A DNA stretch of 64,000 nucleotides from Eledone cirrhosa. Taxonomy: Eukaryota. Of this stretch, positions 62,801-64,000 are shown in pieces. The stretch covers positions 24,800,001-24,864,000 of the forward strand of contig OZ024743.1 of assembly GCA_964016885.1 (NCBI GenBank), in the 5' to 3' direction. Each line of letters starts with the position of its first letter. Position 1 is the first letter of the stretch. The position numbers and the translations under genes are program-made. The notes under the pieces are model-generated. The model ran no database searches. It was not told the DNA's origin and saw nothing but the letters and a program-made list of their open reading frames with translations.

Positions 62801-64000
62801 GTTAACAGTGCTGACAGTTGGTTCTGTCCCTCCTCAGTCATCCCAACCTTGATTGCTGTAGTTAACAGTGCTGACAGTTGGTTCTGTCCCTCCTCAGTCA
62901 TCCCAACCTTGTTTGCTGTAGTCAACAGTGCTGACAGTTGGTTCTGTCCCTCCTCAGTCATCCCAACCTTGTTTGCTGTAGTTAACTGTGCTGACAGTTG
63001 GTTCTGTCCCTCCTTAGTCATCCCAACCTTGTTTGCTGTAGTTAACAGTGCTGACAGTTGGTTCTGTCCCTCCTCAGTCATCTCAACCTTGTTTGCTGTA
63101 GTTAACTGTGCTGACAGTTGGTTCTGTCCCTCCTCAGTCATCCCAACCTTGTTTGCTGTAGTTAACAGTGCTGACAGTTGGTTCTGTCCCTCCGCAGTCA
63201 TCCCAACCTTGTTTGCTGTAGTTAGATGTGCTGACAGTTGGTTCTGTCCCTCCTCAGTCATCTCAACCTCCTTTGCTGTAGTTAACTGTGCTGACAGTTG
63301 GTTCTGTCCCTCCTCAGTCATCTCAACCTTGTTTGCTGTAGTTAACTGTGCTGACAGTTGGTTCTGTCCCTCCTCAGTCATCCCAACCTTGTTTGCTGTA
63401 GTTAAATGTGCTGACAGTTGGTTCTGTCCCTCCTCAGTCATCTCAACCTTGATTGCTGTAGTTAACTGTGCTGACAGTTGGTTCTGTCCCTCCTCAGTTA
63501 TCCCAACCTTGTTTGCTGTAGTTAACAGTGCTGACAGTTGGTTCTGTCCCTCCTCAGTCATCCCAACCTTGTTTGCTGTAGTTAACTGTGCTGACAGTTG
63601 GTTCTGTCCCTCCTCAGTCATCTCAACCTTGTTTGCTGTAGTTAACTGTGCTGACAGTTGGTTCTGTCCCTCCTCAGTCATCCCAACCTTGTTTGCTGTA
63701 GTTAACAGTGCTGACAGTTGGTTCTGTCCCTCCTCAGTCATCCCAACCTTGTTTGCTGTAGTTAACTGTGCTGACATTTGGTTCTGTCCCTCCTCAGTCA
63801 GCCCAACCTTGTTTGCTGTAGTTAACAGTGCTGACAGTTGGTTCTGTCCCTCCTCAGTCATCTCAACCTTGTTTGCTGTAGTTAACTGTGCTGACAGTTG
63901 GTTCTGTCCCTCCTCAGTCATCCCAACCTTGTTTGCTGTAGTTAACAGTGCTGACAGTTGGTTCTGTCCCTCCTCAGTCATCCCAACCTTGTTTGCTGTA
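38871..64000. repeat. Array domain IV: alpha-only, with no indels from 46427 to the window end
   Basis: No G4T or TTGATTTC monomers were seen after about 38.7 kb. The register is constant from 46427. The TTAGC/CTGTCAC/TCCTTT haplotype recurs 14 times from 44.3 kb. Confidence 0.85.

Larger units (their letters stand above)
1..64000. repeat. 60-bp tandem satellite array, about 1067 monomers in one orientation, continuing past both window edges
   Basis: The 60-nt display lines align column for column. The consensus has 9 A, 22 T, 12 G and 17 C (48% GC), no CpG, and one HpaI site (GTTAAC) per monomer. No non-repeat sequence was seen. Confidence 0.99.
1..64000 (-). other. Repeat-derived open frame (MTEEGQNQLSAQLTTANKVG)n, not called as CDS
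   Basis: This is the ORF track translation of the 20-codon monomer. It is broken by 22 indel monomers and recurrent TGA/TAA stops, and has no unique termini or recognisable domain. Confidence 0.85.
1..64000 (+). other. Repeat-derived open frame (CADSWFCPSSVIPTLFAVVN)n, not called as CDS
   Basis: This is the antisense counterpart of the minus frame. Its starts are internal TTG/ATG codons, it has stops at 3493, 3928 and 40742, and it shares the same frameshifts. Confidence 0.85.

Noticed and set aside
43-63981. The long ORFs in the track as real genes (mucin-like, antigen or adhesin)
   Set aside because: They are purely repeat translations on both strands. Their ends are set by recurrent indels and stops, and they have no unique domain or signal peptide.
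1-64000. CRISPR array or other repeat-spacer system
   Set aside because: The monomers abut directly with no unique spacers. Variation is limited to point changes, and there is no leader or cas gene.
1-64000. A fixed-period higher-order repeat like human alpha satellite
   Set aside because: Spacings between diagnostic markers are irregular, from 8 to more than 80 monomers.
1-64000. Sequencing artefact such as a rolling-circle concatemer or random read error
   Set aside because: Variants recur as linked, ordered haplotypes over tens of kb and private indels are absent, which random error would not produce. Local misassembly cannot be excluded.
1-64000. The T1A/C37T pattern as a functional information-bearing code or diversity-generating cassette set
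   Set aside because: The patterns are explained by nested duplication, as in ordinary minisatellite variant repeat maps. No recombinase, reverse transcriptase or expression locus is present in the window.

Overview
The whole 64 kb window is one head-to-tail tandem array (satellite DNA or a very large minisatellite) of a 60-bp monomer, consensus TGTGCTGACAGTTGGTTCTGTCCCTCCTCAGTCATCCCAACCTTGTTTGCTGTAGTTAAC. There are 1066 complete monomers plus a 54-bp partial copy. I saw no unique sequence, spacer, inversion, transposon or array edge. Monomers usually differ from consensus at 0-3 positions. All length variation comes from three recurrent monomer types: 59-bp type A (11 copies), 59-bp type B (7 copies) and 61-bp type C (4 copies). 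Their net -14 bp matches the observed register shift. Every ORF in the track is a translation of the repeat (60 bp = 20 codons; 2 of 6 frames are open, about what chance predicts), and amplified frameshifts and stops argue against real genes. The informative structure is the variant code: two interleaved monomer subfamilies, irregular multi-kb duplications, a recurring 180-bp trimer, homologous blocks about 21.7 and 40.7 kb apart, and a homogeneous indel-free 3' domain. The scale and the CpG-free consensus suggest eukaryotic heterochromatic satellite, but I cannot name the organism or repeat family. I found no convincing evidence of a novel protein-coding or defence system.
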